A stretch of DNA of 64,000 nt. Origin: the human T2T-CHM13v2.0 reference genome, Homo sapiens. Position 1 is the first letter of the stretch. Each line of letters opens with the position of its first letter. The stretch lies in NCBI RefSeq assembly GCF_009914755.1, contig NC_060939.1; one strand, written 5' to 3'. The notes beneath the pieces were generated by a model, which was not told where the DNA came from, made no database searches, and worked only from the letters and a program-made list of their open reading frames with translations. Both the position numbers and the translations under genes were made by a program. Positions 27,105 to 42,700 of the stretch are shown piece by piece.

Positions 27105-27475
27105 TGCTATAGACTGAATGTTTCTGTCTTTCCCAAATTCATATTTGGGGGTTGAAATTCTAACCCCCAATGTGAGGATATTAGGAAGTGGGGCCTTCCA
27201 GTAGGTGATTAGGTCATGAGGATGGAGCTCTCACAAATGGGATTAGTGCCTTTATAAAAGAGACCCTGGAGAGCTCCCTCACCCCTTCTGCCATATGAGG
27301 ACATATTGAGACGGCTGTCTCTACACCGGGAAGTAAGCCGTCACCAGACACTGAATTTGCCAGCACCATGATCTTGGACTTCCCAGCCTCCAGGACTGTG
27401 AGAAATAAATGTCTGTTGTTTATAAACTGAATAGTTTATGGTATTTTGTTACAGCAGCCAAAAATGACTGAGATG
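27105..27475 (+). mobile_element. MLT1A0-like solo LTR (ERVL-MaLR)
   Basis: TGCTATAGACTGAATGT...GGGATTAGTGCCTTTATAAAAGAGACCC...ATCTTGGACTTCCCAGCCTCCAG.ACTGTGAGAAATAAA. Confidence 0.9.
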
Positions 27476-28274
27476 AAATGTAAATGAGCAATTAAAATTT
27501 CCTTAACTGACATGAGAAATCTCAGGTTGGCTTTTGGGCCTCCACAACTACTGGATGACTTTAATTGTTGGTCATGCCTAGCAGTTTCTACTTACCATTC
27601 CAAAGCTAAAAACAGGGAAAAAAATACTTTTAAACAGGTTATGAAGTGCTCTTCCTGTACTCAAGAGAAATAATTATCTATACCAAAATCTTAGGATAAC
27701 TAAGGGCTTTTCTTGCTCAGAGAGCACGTGAACTTGATAATTCTCTGCTAATAAGTGCTGCCATCTTGAATACAGTGCTAGAATCAGAATTCTAGCAATA
27801 AATTTCAACTGTGATGTTCAAGCACAAAACAGCCTGAGCAGGTGAGGCCCTTCATTGCTGTAGGCATTATCAGCCAATTCTCCAGGAAAAGGAAAATAAT
27901 CTTCTATGATGTCAGGAAACGTCATAGACTCACAGAATAATAGAACTGGAAATGGCCTCAATAGATGATTCTGTTACACGTGTCAGCATGCCCCATGTGC
28001 CCCATGTGCTTCAGATTGAGCTGCTTGCTCTTTGTACACGTCCACATCTCTGCCTCAAGGCCTGTCATTAGCACTCTTGATACCGCAGACTGATAGTACC
28101 CATGGAGATTCCAGAACAAGACCCAGACTTGGTCAGACAAAGCCCAGCAGGATCCCTTGCATAACACTAAGATCATGCCTTGGTAGGCTTTGAGCCACAT
28201 CAGCCAACAAAACACTACATGGCAGATAATGTTCCATCAAGATTATAATCTAGTGTTACAATCAAGATTATGAG

Positions 28275-28425
28275 GCATGTTCCCAACACAAAGAAAAGAT
28301 AAATGTTTGAGGTGATGGATATCCCAATTATCCTGATTTGATCATAACACATTGTATGCATGTACCAAAATACCACATGTACTTCCCCCAAATATGTACA
28401 ATTATGATATACCAATTTTAAAAAC
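28275..28425 (+). mobile_element. L1MA 3'-terminal fragment
   Basis: GATAAATGTTTGAGGTGATGGATATCCCAATTATCCTGATTTGATCAT...AATATGTACAATTATG. Confidence 0.8.
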
Positions 28426-29004
28426 ACAAGAAAAAAGATTATGGGGCAGAGAAAGTCATGTTGGAGCCTCTGGTTGATTTTATCTGATGTTCTAAAAAAT
28501 TCCAATTCATAAAAACCATGTTGAAACATCTACTATCAAAAGCTTATTTAACTTGCCTTTTCAACATCATGGCTACATGAGCACACTGTGAAAGAAGTCA
28601 TGTTCATTAATGCATGCCCTCACCATGATGTTATCCAGCCACTCCTGGTGAAAGTGAGTTTTTCTGTAAGTTCGTAATGAAATATAAAGCTGATTAGAAA
28701 AGTCAAAGGACATTTTTAGGAGAAAGAGTAAGATGATAAAAAACGAATATGAGAAAAGTGAACAGTGGGACTTCAGCAGGGAGTCAGTTGCTCAGTTGAC
28801 TTAACTGAAAGCACGAATGGAACAATCTAGGTCTCCAGTGAATCCTCTGAGGAGCTCAAAGCTTTCAGGTGTGGTGGCAGCAACACCTCCCTCCAGGGAC
28901 CAGCATGTCACAGTACCATTCCTGCTGACGCACCACCATCCAGACATTATTTACTAACTAGTTTACTGCATTCTGTAGGCCAGTCCTACCCATCATGATG
29001 GAAC

Positions 29005-29287
29005 TTTTTTTTTTGAGATAAGGTCTCCCTCTGTCAACCAGGCTGAGTGCAGTAGCGTGATCTCTGCTCACTGCAGCCTCCGGGCTCAAGAGATCCTCCG
29101 CCTCTCAGCCTCCCAAGTTGCTTGGACTACAGATGTGCACCACCATGTCCACCTAATTTTTGTATTTTTTTTGTAGAGAGGAGGCGTTGTCATGTTGCCC
29201 AGGCTGGTCTCAAACTTCTGAGCTCAAGTCATCCGCCCTCCTTGGCTTCCCAAAGTCCTGGGATTACAGGTGTACGCCACTGGGCCC
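29005..29287 (-). mobile_element. AluJ-like
   Basis: Reverse Alu; flanks share CATGATG(G/T)AACTTT as a probable TSD. Confidence 0.9.
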
Positions 29288-30539
29288 ATGATGTAACTTT
29301 TGACAATGAGTTCCCAACACTAATTTGATTCCTGTAGAAGAGGAATTTAACGGCATGACAAGTTATTTCTACGTATGTAAGTGAATGAATCTATTACACA
29401 TCTCTCAATGAAATGGGGGGTTCTGTAAAGCACTTAAAGATCCTTTGGGAGGTGGAGTACTGAATCATTTTTATTGTTATACAATTACTTATAATCTTCT
29501 TCCCTTGTTCTAAGTATTTGTTTACATAAACTCTGAAACAAATAAATCTTGCCTGTGCATAATACACATTTTTTTTGCACTATTTGGACTACTGATTTTT
29601 CCATTTATTTAATTTTTTGAATGCTGACTTTTGATAGTGATTCAGCATTGCTACTGTTTTTCATACCATAAAAAATCATTAAACTGTTGACAGAAGTAAA
29701 GATAATTAGCTATAAATAATTCCCAAATTAAGCCATGGCCTGGCAGTATCTCTTTCCCTCTGAAGGATACAGAATGTTTGGGTATCGTAACCATATAAAT
29801 TAATTTCACTTTATGCAAATGGTTACAATTTCTATTATCTGGAGAAATTAAGATGTCAGCTTTTCTAACACTTTCAGGGGTGTGACCTTATATCTTCTCC
29901 ATCACAGCTTGATCCATGGTCTATAAACTATATTGTTCACCTTCAATCTATGCAAGTCTACTTTAAATCACTCCTTCCTTCATTACCTATCTTGTCCCTG
30001 TTCTCTACTCACAAATATTTGATAGCTATATGCGTCTCTTAATCACTAGGGCTAGTGCCAATGAAATTTTTTCCTCAAAAATCTTCCCTCTTACAACTGA
30101 CGTAGCTCACTAGAGATGCAGAACTGTTCGTTGTTCACCTGACAAAAACTTAACTTGCTTCTTCATGGATAAGCCAATAACCATGTTAAATGCCTGAATA
30201 AAAGTAAAAACAAACTCCTGTTGGCTAAGTTTTTAAAGCCATTCTGTTGTAGCTTCATGAAAACATGTACTGCTTCATGTACTCTTTCCAGGCCAGACCC
30301 AGTTTCGAATGTATCTTTTTTAGAAGGAAGGGGTTGGAAATTGTTAAATATATATGAAAAGACTAAATCTGTGTGTCTTACACTGATAGCCGAGGTTGTA
30401 GGATCGTCTGCCACCTTTTACTAGCTGAGTAAGTCTAGACGAATATATTTAATCTCTCTGGGCATTATGTACTTGCTTAACATGTGAAATGAGAATAATA
30501 ACAGTGTATAAGGCTGACAGTAAGGAATTAAACCTCTTT

Positions 30540-31098
30540 TGAGCATCCTTCCAACTTTAAGGATGGGTCCAATTTGTCTGAGGGCAATCCGATTTCCTTG
30601 CCAGTGTGACCAACTTCTGGCCCACATGAAAAGACTTTTGCTAGAGGCTTCTGGGAAGCCTAGCTCTCAAAAGAGATCCAGCCAGGTATATTAGAGCACA
30701 GCTGTAATCTCAGCTATCCAGGAGGCGGAGGTGGGAGGATCAATGGAAGCCAGGGGTTCAAGACCAGTCTGCGCAACATAGCAAGGTCCCATCTCAATAA
30801 ATAAATAAATAAATAAGAAAGAAAGAAAAAGAGAATTCACAAGAAGCCACTTGGACCTGAATAAAGTGGCCTGTAGCCCTGGCAGTCATGTTACAACTAT
30901 GCAGAAACCCTCCCTGAGGGTGGTGCCGGCATGTGAACAAAGAGCAGCAGAGACACCCTGGGTCTCTGGGGACATGACTGAACCACTGACTCTTGGAGTC
31001 CACCATACCACACACCTTGGAACTTCCTCACTATCCTTTAAGCCAGTTTGTGAAATATTTTTCTGTTATTTTAAGGCAAAAACATTCTAACTAACACA
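30540..31098 (+). mobile_element. Old MLT1 (MLT1I/J-like) LTR relic interrupted by a FLAM
   Basis: GAGGCTTCTGGGAAG...TTTAAGCCAGTTT...TTTTCTGTTATTT...CATTCTAACTAACACA MaLR-type end. Confidence 0.55.
30679..30816 (+). mobile_element. FLAM (free left Alu monomer) with (AAAT)n tail
   Basis: Single monomer CTGTAATCTCAGCTA...GTTCAAGACCAGTCTGCGCAACATAGCAAG. Confidence 0.85.
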
Positions 31099-32440
31099 GC
31101 TTCCCATCACCTTTTTGTGAATACACACTTGGGGACCACTGATTTAGAAAATTCTCTGTTCCTCATTCTGATTCTTTAAAACTTCAATTTTAAAAACGCC
31201 ATCTAAGATTAATGTCCATAAGCCTTTGCTATGTTAATAAAGAGGCAGTTGGTATTTTTGATAAATATCCTTGATGTTTCATCAGTATGCTAACACCTAG
31301 AATAATGTTGTCTGCAAGAGGTCTGCAGACCTCTAGAAAACAACTTTTCAATATATAGCAAAACTTAATGATTTTAAAACCTAACATTCTCCTCTTCATG
31401 TAAGAAATACAAGGGTAGGCTGAAACGTCTGCTATCAATAAGGATACCTTTTTAAAAATGTTAAATCGAACGCAGAGAATTAAACAGTAGAAAAGTATTC
31501 ATTTTAATGCTACCATTATCCTGAATATAGCCGGTCAATGAAAGAATGTTTAAAGAATATTTCAATTTTTTTCCACTAGATTATTTTTAGTTTAATCACC
31601 AACTGCCTACAGATTATCTAGCTGGCTTGCTAACTATAGTTATATTCGCTCTAGGACAATGAACTTGGCGTTACATTTTTGACTGATTTATAAATTAGTA
31701 ATAAAATCAACCCAATTTAATAAACCCAATGTTTTTAAAATGTATTTCTACCTATTTCCCATAGTTGGAAGTTTTGCATTTGTTCTCAAGTTTCACCAAT
31801 GACCTTTGAACCATTTTCATGGATTTGTAAATGAGTGTAGGTGAGTAAAAGCCAGCAAAGATAAAACACAAAATGAAGTCTGCCATTTGAGATCTTTCAC
31901 AAGAGTCACTTTCCTTTCAGAAAATTTATTCATTTAAGTCTTCTTATTTCTATAATAAGTCACCTCCTCAATTTTCCTATAATATTTTAAGTACACGAAA
32001 AGTTGAGTGGGATCTTTAGATAAAGACTTTCACTCACTTTAATATACTGTCAAAGTGATTTTTAAATATTTCAGAAAGTTTTTAACTGCTAAAAGGTAAA
32101 AGTTTGCCATTTGCTAGAAAATTATCAAAACTATTTTAGCTTATTTGGAGCAGGCATTAAAGTTATTGATTTGGGGGGAAAAAGAAAGAGCTAAGTATTT
32201 TTAAGTGAAGCATCACATAAGTGCCAGAACGCATTATAGGAACAAACATAAGAAACGACATTTTGTGCTGCACATATTTAGGTATAAAGGAGAATTTTCA
32301 GGCTGAGAATAAAGCAGAATGGAACCCTAAACCAGTAAACATATCTCCCCCCTCTTAAATTATCACTTTTTTCCATTGATTGAATTCCTTAAGATAACCC
32401 ATAAAAGTATGGTCTCTGTGACCATAAGAATTAAAATAAG

Positions 32441-32846
<406 letters not shown>

Positions 32847-33484
32847 TTATTTCATTGACAAACAATTCCAGAGTGCAAACATTTGTCCTGTTAAGCTGAA
32901 GCCAATGTTTATTTTAGCACTGCTAGGATACCTAAGTGTTGTGTAAATGGGAAAATACTGGCTGGAGAAACATTTACACAAAAGATTGTGTCTATTAAGA
33001 CAATGAAAGTGTTTTAAAATATATCCTTTGGAGTGAGTTTATGGCAATGAAGAATTACGCTTCAAATATTATGAAGTCATTCAATTTGGAAAAAGTATTC
33101 TAGAAACTTGCTTCCTAGTCTCTCTGATACTTCACAAAATTATCCTTGGAAAATTTAAAGATTTCTTCACTTCTTCAGTCTGCTATTGACAAGGATCTGG
33201 AGATTGAAAAGGAGGGTCTGAAAAAAATTGATTTGGGTACAAAAAATATAAATGAATGTTGACAATTCTAACATGTGTCTACATAGATACACAGAGTAAA
33301 TATGGATATGAATTAAAAAACTAAATCAGTTAAACTAGCACCTAATGTATTTAGTGGTTGTTCAATAAAAGCAGAATAAGTGAATAAATGAATAAGAACA
33401 TTGAATTAATGTCCTTACAGTTAATGGAGGTAAGGGAGACACACCCCATTTGATGTGTTCTAACCCATGCTTTTCACAGCCTGA

Positions 33485-33819
<335 letters not shown>

Positions 33820-33820
33820 T

Positions 33821-34111
<291 letters not shown>

Positions 34112-34903
34112 AAAAGCACTGTTTTAGATGAATCTCCAAAGCTCCTTAGCGTTATTCAGATCAGCTGTTTAAAATGAATTTTAAAACTTAATTGAATGGG
34201 GGTTGAGGGTGGATTTATTGCTGATCTAGCTTTATCTCTTGCTCCTTCCAAACTCACATTCACATCTCTACTTCCCTCACCCAAGAAAAATGTCTAATTC
34301 ACAATATTAATTGCACCCAAAATGATTTAGGGAGCATAAGACAAATCAGGTCCAAGTTCACAAACACCGTCATTCTTATCATATCTCCTTTTGCCCATCT
34401 CTCTGTATTTAGCTTCAGGTTTAGCCACTGTTCTCCAAATGAAACAAAACAATAGTCTATTGCTCCTTATGAAGACATGACAGGGAAAGATTTATTGAAC
34501 TGGAATGTACCTGAAATGTCATGTAGTCTATAGACCGTCCTCCAGATGAACACATGTAAATAGCTCTGTATGTAAGTATATTTTGGGTTAGGGATATTAT
34601 ATCACACAGAGTAAAAGCTCACTTACTAAATTTAGATACGTAACTTTTCAAAGTAGTTATCTCTTGTCTCCACACAAAATTCAGTCATGCAAATCTTATT
34701 CATTTCCCAATTTGTCACCTTCAATGATGACCAATTTCAGATGCAGTTGAATTATATAAGAGTTGCTTGGATATAAGTCCAAGATAGTTGAAATTTTCCA
34801 GGATAGTTAATTATACGCAGACATTTCAAAATAGAAAAATGAAGTTCTTTATTAAGATACAAATGTATATAGATGCAGAGTCCAAAAGAATTAGCTTTCT
34901 TGA

Positions 34904-35345
<442 letters not shown>

Positions 35346-36718
35346 TGGTGGTTTTACAGTCTATAGATCCCTATGTGAATAAAGATAGTTGTGGCTTGAT
35401 TCATTGCCATATGTTTATTAATACCAGGTTTTACCTTAGGCTATTGGTTACAAACCTGTGTAGCAGTTTTTATTCAAGACAGATTAACACTCCTGACAGA
35501 GGGATCTACTCATTGATGCAGTTTTGTGGCATCAACACAATTAACTTTCCTTCATTGCACATCAGTGGCATGTTAAGTTTTTCCTAACAACCTCTACGGA
35601 TGCATATAATCTCATCACAATATATGAAGCATGTCCAATAAAAGGAACATTGATGGGTACTTTGGTTCAATATAGCAGCAAGATTTTATAGAGGCTGGAC
35701 CAAAGCAGGTGAAATTTGATCATTAAAACATCTCCTTGTTCCTCAGTCCTTTCCCAGTGGTATGGCCATGTTAGAAACCATAGATTGCTAAGAAAGAAGT
35801 GAATGAAGAGATGCACTATTTGTTTGCAAAGAAAGCATGCTTCCGTTTTTATCACTAACTGAACCTCAGAATCTAATCATGCATCCTATTCATAGGCCTG
35901 TTACAAAGTAGTCCACAGGTGACGTGTGCCCACAAAAAGGTCCCATGAATTTCACTGAGAAAATGTTACAATTCTTCCCCTATTTTGCATAGGTTCTACC
36001 TTACCACACTTTGCTTGTTTGTGTGTATACATGCATGTGTGTGCATCTATATACGGCCTATTTTACATATATTTGTAATATCAATATGCTACCTAGGGTA
36101 CTACTATATGGCCATTTTTGCCAGCATGCTAGTTAAGATTGCCCTAATGTGTACAAATTCAATTACATTAAATTCTTTATTAGAATATCTTTAAATAATT
36201 TACTATAAATCTAATTTGGATTTGCAAGTCATTGACTATATTTTTCAGGTGTACATATGAAAGGTTAGAATAATATTTTTTCAATGTGGCTTTTTTTGGC
36301 ACTTTAGGTATATATTACAGTATATAAATTTGTCTACCAATGTTTACCTCCTGCAAATGCATATTTCAATCTCAGTGACCCTAAAAGCTTGACAGTATTT
36401 GGGTTTTAAAAGGCATGAAATTATTTAAACAGAAAAAAAGAAGGATGAGTTCTGGAGGAGGGGACCACACAAGAACGCAAGTCAAAATGTTGATTCTTCT
36501 TCCCTAGGACTCTAGAGGTAGTGATGAGAGAAAGGAAACTGGCTTGGAAGATTTCATGGAGTCCAGGAGAATCCTTCCACTGAGAGTGCCAGATGGCACC
36601 TTACAGCAAAGCTCAGCCTGGATGTGAGAATAAGGCCTGAAGAAACGAGAGAGAAAGGATCTTACTTCTGAGGAACACAGAAGAGCAGAAGAGAGGAGAG
36701 GAAAAAAGATGATTTTAA

Positions 36719-37013
<295 letters not shown>

Positions 37014-37169
37014 TTATATATATATATAATATTGCTAATATATTACATATATATATAATACATATATATATTCTAGGAGGAACTCAAACAGCTCAATGAA
37101 TTCAGAGCTTTGGCAATGAAATAAAATTAACAACTACCACTCCTTATAACAACTTCTGGGTTAAGCAAA

Positions 37170-37290
37170 ATAGAAATGACTATACCCATTTTACAACTGA
37201 AGAAACTGAAGCTCAGAGAGGTGAAACAACTTGTCCATTTAACCTGGTTTCTTAACTGGACTAACCTGGGACTGATATTCCTGTCTTACT
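37170..37290 (-). mobile_element. MIR core fragment
   Basis: CCCATTTTACAACTGAAGAAACTGAAGCTCAGAGAGGTGAAACAACTTGTCCA. Confidence 0.75.
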
Positions 37291-40124
37291 CCTCTTTCCA
37301 GTATAAGCAGGCCACCTTACAGTATACTTGTGACAGTAGAGACAACATTTCTGTAACTTCACACTTGAGCATACAAAATCTCCACTTGGTGAAGAATCTC
37401 AGGGAGGAAGATATGGGCAAGAACCCAGGGAAACAAAGTATCTAGAGACTTAATGGCAAGATGAAATTTTGGAGGCTTTGAGTGGTGGTGGTAGAATGTT
37501 AACAATAGCAGAACACCAGGAAGCCTGTTTAAGGGTGCTTTGGGTCCATTTTGTCACATTGCTTCACAAACTACTGTGATCTATTGCAAAGAACTTCTTA
37601 AACCCACTGCTTAGATATATGTGAAGCGTAGACCCAGTTACAAGACACAAAACCACAAGACCTTTATCTGCACTTCAAAGTCAGCACAAAAACAAGGGTA
37701 GATTATCTCCCAAATTGCCAAACTAATTCTCAAAGCCCAAATGCTTCCAATCCTAAGTGTGGATGCAGTACTATATCTGAGAAAAGAGAATGACTGTGTG
37801 GGGAAATGACATCATAACACCAAGATGATTGAGCCACAAATGGAAAAATGAGCTCTTCCCAAAAGAGAGAAAACAACTGATAAAATAGTGCCAAGGTTTG
37901 CCTAAAGAGACAAGAGAGAACATCTAAGAATGGGGGATAAAAATCTACATATGTTGTTTTGGTGTCTGACACAATCATCCTAAACCAAATGCATTTTGAT
38001 TTGAACTTAATTCTGGAATTTTTTATTGTTTAGACCCAAGAGATTTCAATGGCTGATGACGGCACTCAGGCAGGTTTCCTGGACCATCCAATCAGAAGTC
38101 CTCTCAAGTTTGGTAACACAAAGTCCAGCTTCAGAGCACAGGTTACTTCAATTATCGTCTCCAACTGTCACTAGGTAACACTCAAAAGTTCTCTAAATGC
38201 CAAACAGGAAAGGGCCTTAGGGGGCATTCCTCAACGGATCACTCCCTTCAGGCACTTAGGTCATAGGTCTAAGGGTTTTTTTTTTTTTTGCTCCTTATCA
38301 GCACCATAGATTTTTAACTATGGACCTGAACAGATTGGGATAAAAGGAAACACAACTGTACCACCAAACTCTCATTCTTTTTAATCATAAAAGTACTTAA
38401 TTCAGAAACTTTAGGGGAAACAAATTCTTTTCTTTCCCAGAATCAGAATTGCACTGACATTGTGGCCCAACATGTGACTTGAGCTCAAGTATACACTAAA
38501 GTGAAAAGCTATTGTCAATATTTAGCGGAACGCTATGCCATGTCGGAGGCAGTATCAGCTTCCTAATACCAAAAGAAAATTCACGTATCACAGGGCTACT
38601 GAGAAGAAGTAACGTGCAGCCCCAGAGGGCACAGATTTCTGCTTTATGTAAATCAGAGCCTGTCACGGCATGCATGATTCACTGCTCAGGGTGTACTCTC
38701 CTGTGACGAATGAGTCCCGCTTAATTTGGCAGTGATTATGCGGGTTGCTGGCCCTCTAAACCCCTTTGAACTTGTAATTGCTGCTGGTTTAAATAATGAA
38801 CATTAAGGGGAGTTGAATTCATAAAACTGTAGATAATTACATTTTTTTTCTTTTCCCCCTTTGTTTTGGTGCAGGAGTATATCCACACACACACACATGC
38901 ACACACACACACAAACACACTTCTAAGGCCACCGATCACTGTATCATGCCAGGATGTTATCGAAATAAACTGCAGTCTTGTTCCAGGGTTGGTCAGGGAG
39001 GGCAGATTTGAGGTGGGGGAAGTGTGGGGTGGGTGGCAGGGGGAGCATCTGGGAGCTGTGCAAGAGGAAGATCAGAAAGGCCTGGATGCTCTAGGAAAGG
39101 AGGAGCAATGGCACTCATGAATATTCATAGCTAGTCACATCTGTAGCAGGCTTGCTTTCTACCTTTTTTTTCCCCCTGTGCAGTGCAACATAGAGCACCA
39201 GTGCAAACAAAAGGAGGGAATTTTGCAGCTTCACGAGGCTCTAGATATCCTCGTGGTGGTGAACTTTCTCCATGCTTTTACATTCTACATATGGATTTTT
39301 AAAGTATATAGTAGGAGATGTGTATATCCTTTCTTTCTATAACGAAAGAAAACCATCCTGTCCCCACATTTATGAAGTGGAAGAAATCACACACTCCCAC
39401 AGCACATGGATGACTCAAAGCCAGTCCTCCTTTCCCCCTTCTTTCCCCAACCATTGGTAAAAATCACCCAGTATTCTTTGATCCAGGAAAAAAAAAATTT
39501 TGATTTTATTTGGAGAAAAATGAAACGTTACTGATGGGAGGGGGCAGAATCCAAAGTTAGCCAAGTCAGCTAGCTCTTCCCCTCCCTGAAACAACAAAGA
39601 ATGAATGATAAATTTAGCAGCCTCATGTTCAGTTTTCAAACAACACTGCTGAGATTTATAGCTTCACTGCTCCCATGGCAAACTAAGCTGCACACAGAAA
39701 GCTATCTGTTTTTGATTTCACTCTGTTTTCTCCAGTTTTTGTTCTTTTTTCTATTTGCAGTGTTTTTTTTTTTAACTCTACATTTTCTTTTTCCTGGTGT
39801 GAGTCGAATATCAAAGGCTAGTGCTGTTGGTAAGCCTCCAGTTTGCGAGAGCCACTCAATGAGATGTTATTAAACCTGCGTCACAACATGGCAGACGGTG
39901 ATTAATAGCAACTGTATCAACGGTAGCAACTTAAAAAAAAGTCCCTCCAGCAGCTCGAAAAGGGATCAGTGAAGTAAGAATAAGAAACGTCTGCCAGAAC
40001 CCAGGGCCCAAGATGTTCTTAGAGAGTAGAGTACCCTGGGATTGTGTTTGACAGAAAGAAAAAAGAAATTCCTACTATTATGCATATAATAGGAACTTTT
40101 GCCTTTAACTAAGTCACTTATACT

Positions 40125-40160
40125 TAAAACAGCTACACATTATAAAACAGCTACACATTA
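40125..40160. repeat. Perfect 18-bp tandem duplication (TAAAACAGCTACACATTA)x2
   Basis: Read directly at 40125-40142 and 40143-40160. Confidence 0.95.
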
Positions 40161-40748
40161 ATTTAAAATGAAGTCTGTGTACAGCTTAGGAATCATTTTA
40201 TTGATGCAATGGTGTCCCCCAAAATAACTAGCAGATGGATTTCCACCCCCTCAATGAAACACTGAAACAAATTGCAGAATTGTCAAAATTTTATCGTGAA
40301 GGCACACACTCTATAAAAAGGTTGATTTAAGTGAATTGTAAATTTGCTTCATTGCACAATATTTTTCTAAAATTATAACCGGAAAGTATTCTCTGTTTAA
40401 TTTTTTAGCATATCCTTTCACAAAACACATCTGCTGTGAAGTATTTCTAATTTGTGCTAACTGCTTTTTAACAAACACACACTTGTCACTATGCCATCTA
40501 GTTTTATTAGGGCAAAAAAGTACATTCCCGTCCAATCTCTTTGTAATAAGGATTTTGACCTGTTTCTGATGACGCAAACCGATAGAAAATAATAAAATTG
40601 TTTGAACATCAAACACGAGTGACACATAGGAGGTTAAAAAAATGAGGAAGAATGAAAATGCAGTCAAACCAGAAAGTCAAAGAGAACATGGTAAAGGAGA
40701 CGAAATGGCTATAATTGTGGAGAAAGAATAATCGTCTACACAGAGTGT

Positions 40749-41042
40749 GGGCGGGGTTGGTGGCTCATCCCTGTAATCCCTGCACTTTGGGAGGCTGAAG
40801 TCAGAGGATCCGCTTGAGCCCAGGGATTCGAGACCAGCCTGGCCAACACAGCAAGACCCTGTCTCTACTAAGAGTAAAACATTTAGAAGTGAACTGGGTA
40901 TGGTGGGTCATGCCTGTAGTCCCAGCTACTTGGAAGGCTGAGGTGCAAAGATCGCTTGAGCCCAGAAGTGCAGCGAGCTATGATGGTGCCACTGCACTCC
41001 AGCCTAGGCAACAGAGCAAGAACCGGCCTCACACACAAAAAA
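40749..41042 (+). mobile_element. AluJ-like, diverged
   Basis: GCTTGAGCCCAGG, CACAGCAAGACCCTG and GAGCTATGATGGTGCCACTGCAC. Confidence 0.88.
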
Positions 41043-41399
41043 GTGCCTGATTATATCTCATTATGAGAAAGGTAATAAGCAGACTAAAAAAAGAAAAATA
41101 CCGCTAACTAAGAGATAGACCAACCACAGCAGGGAAGGAGGACAGGATGCACTCTCACTCTGAGTGAAAATGGAGATCACCTAGCAACAGTACAAGTCCT
41201 CTTTTTATTCCTTCATTTATTTCTATCTCACACCCCTCTTTTGTGTTCCGTCAAGCAAAATGGGATTCTATGGTGTTTAGGACAGAGGTGAAACAATGAC
41301 ACCAAAAATTTTGAATTTATTTTACCTTCCAAATTATTAGGGAAATTTAAAAGTATTTGTCCCCTTAAAGGGCCAACATAGTGATTAAGAGCCAACCTC

Positions 41400-41615
41400 C
41401 CCCAGTATTTAATGCAGGCAATGTGGTAAGTGCCTGGCCCATCATTATCTCCTTTGTCCATCCTAACAACCCTAGGAGGAAGTATTATCATTATCCCTAT
41501 TTTACAAAGATAAGAAATGGAGACTGTTAACAAGTTAAATAACTTGTGCAAGACAGCTCAGCTAATAAGAGATATTGAAGCTCCATCCAAGCTTTCAGTC
41601 ACTCTATGATCACTG
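41400..41615 (-). mobile_element. MIR relic
   Basis: CCTAACAACCCTAGGAGG...ATTATCCCTATTTTACA...GTTAAATAACTTGTGCAAG. Confidence 0.7.
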
Positions 41616-42529
41616 AATATTTTCTTTATATGTGGAATAAAAAATCCATATGCTCAAAATATTTTACATGTTAATCTTCATGGAATCATAGAGAGCAATA
41701 AGAAACAATTACTGGACCTTGCCGGCATCTAAATGATCCAAGGAATGTCTTCACTTCTTTACAGCATAGGACCTTGCGCATGTGCTTCAGAAGAAGGAGA
41801 AACGTGGCAATCTAGCCAGTAAGACCCACATCATCTCATCAATGTTTTAGATTTATTATATTATGCAACTTCAATCTATCAGGCTTATAATATACAATTT
41901 TTAAAGTAGTGTTGGTTTTTGTGGAAAATGTAAATAGTATCTATACATGCAAAACAAATTATTTCATTTATATAACTGAGTTATGAGAACAAAAATTATT
42001 ATTGTGTAAGCTGATTTGGAGTCCGAGTATTAAAGGCAATGAATTTTACCACTAGAATTTAGACTTCTTGAAATACCTAAGAATCCAAGTAGATTTCTAC
42101 CCATTCATTCATAAACAAGCAAATAAAAGAAAAAATTCCCTTATAATGTACCAGTACAACAGAAGAAACTCATGACATCAAGATGGAAAGATGATTATAA
42201 TTTGATATCTCCACTAATGGCAGGGGGTAAGGCACACATAATACAAAACTTCCAATTAGCCTCTGCTTCTCTCCTTAAAAACAGGCCAGGGAATGGAGAA
42301 GTCTGGAGTGCTGTGGCCCCATCGCTAATGGTTAAACATACTCTGGGTAATGACAGTCCCAAACATCACCCAGCAGGCCAGGTCGGTCATTGATGGTCCC
42401 ACACTACATTAACTCCAGCTTCAAGCCAAGAGGACTAGTCCCAGACCACCCGCAGCTATAATTTATGTCATGGGGTGAGGGTTGGAATGAGAAGAGAAAA
42501 AGTAATTATTGAGTACCAACCTTGTTCAA

Positions 42530-42700
42530 GATAGACTGTTTTACATATTCTATTTTTTTCAGTTCCACCCCACCCTGACAATCTGACCCATTTTACAGAT
42601 GAAGAGTTAAAGATGTTAAATAACTCATCCAAATAAACAGCACTAGTAAGTAGCCTCCTGTGAATCAAACCAAAGTCGATCTGAGCACAAGTATTGCATG
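42530..42700 (-). mobile_element. MIR relic
   Basis: CCCATTTTACAGATGAAGAG...GTTAAATAACTCATCCAA...CAGCACTAGTAAGT. Confidence 0.65.
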
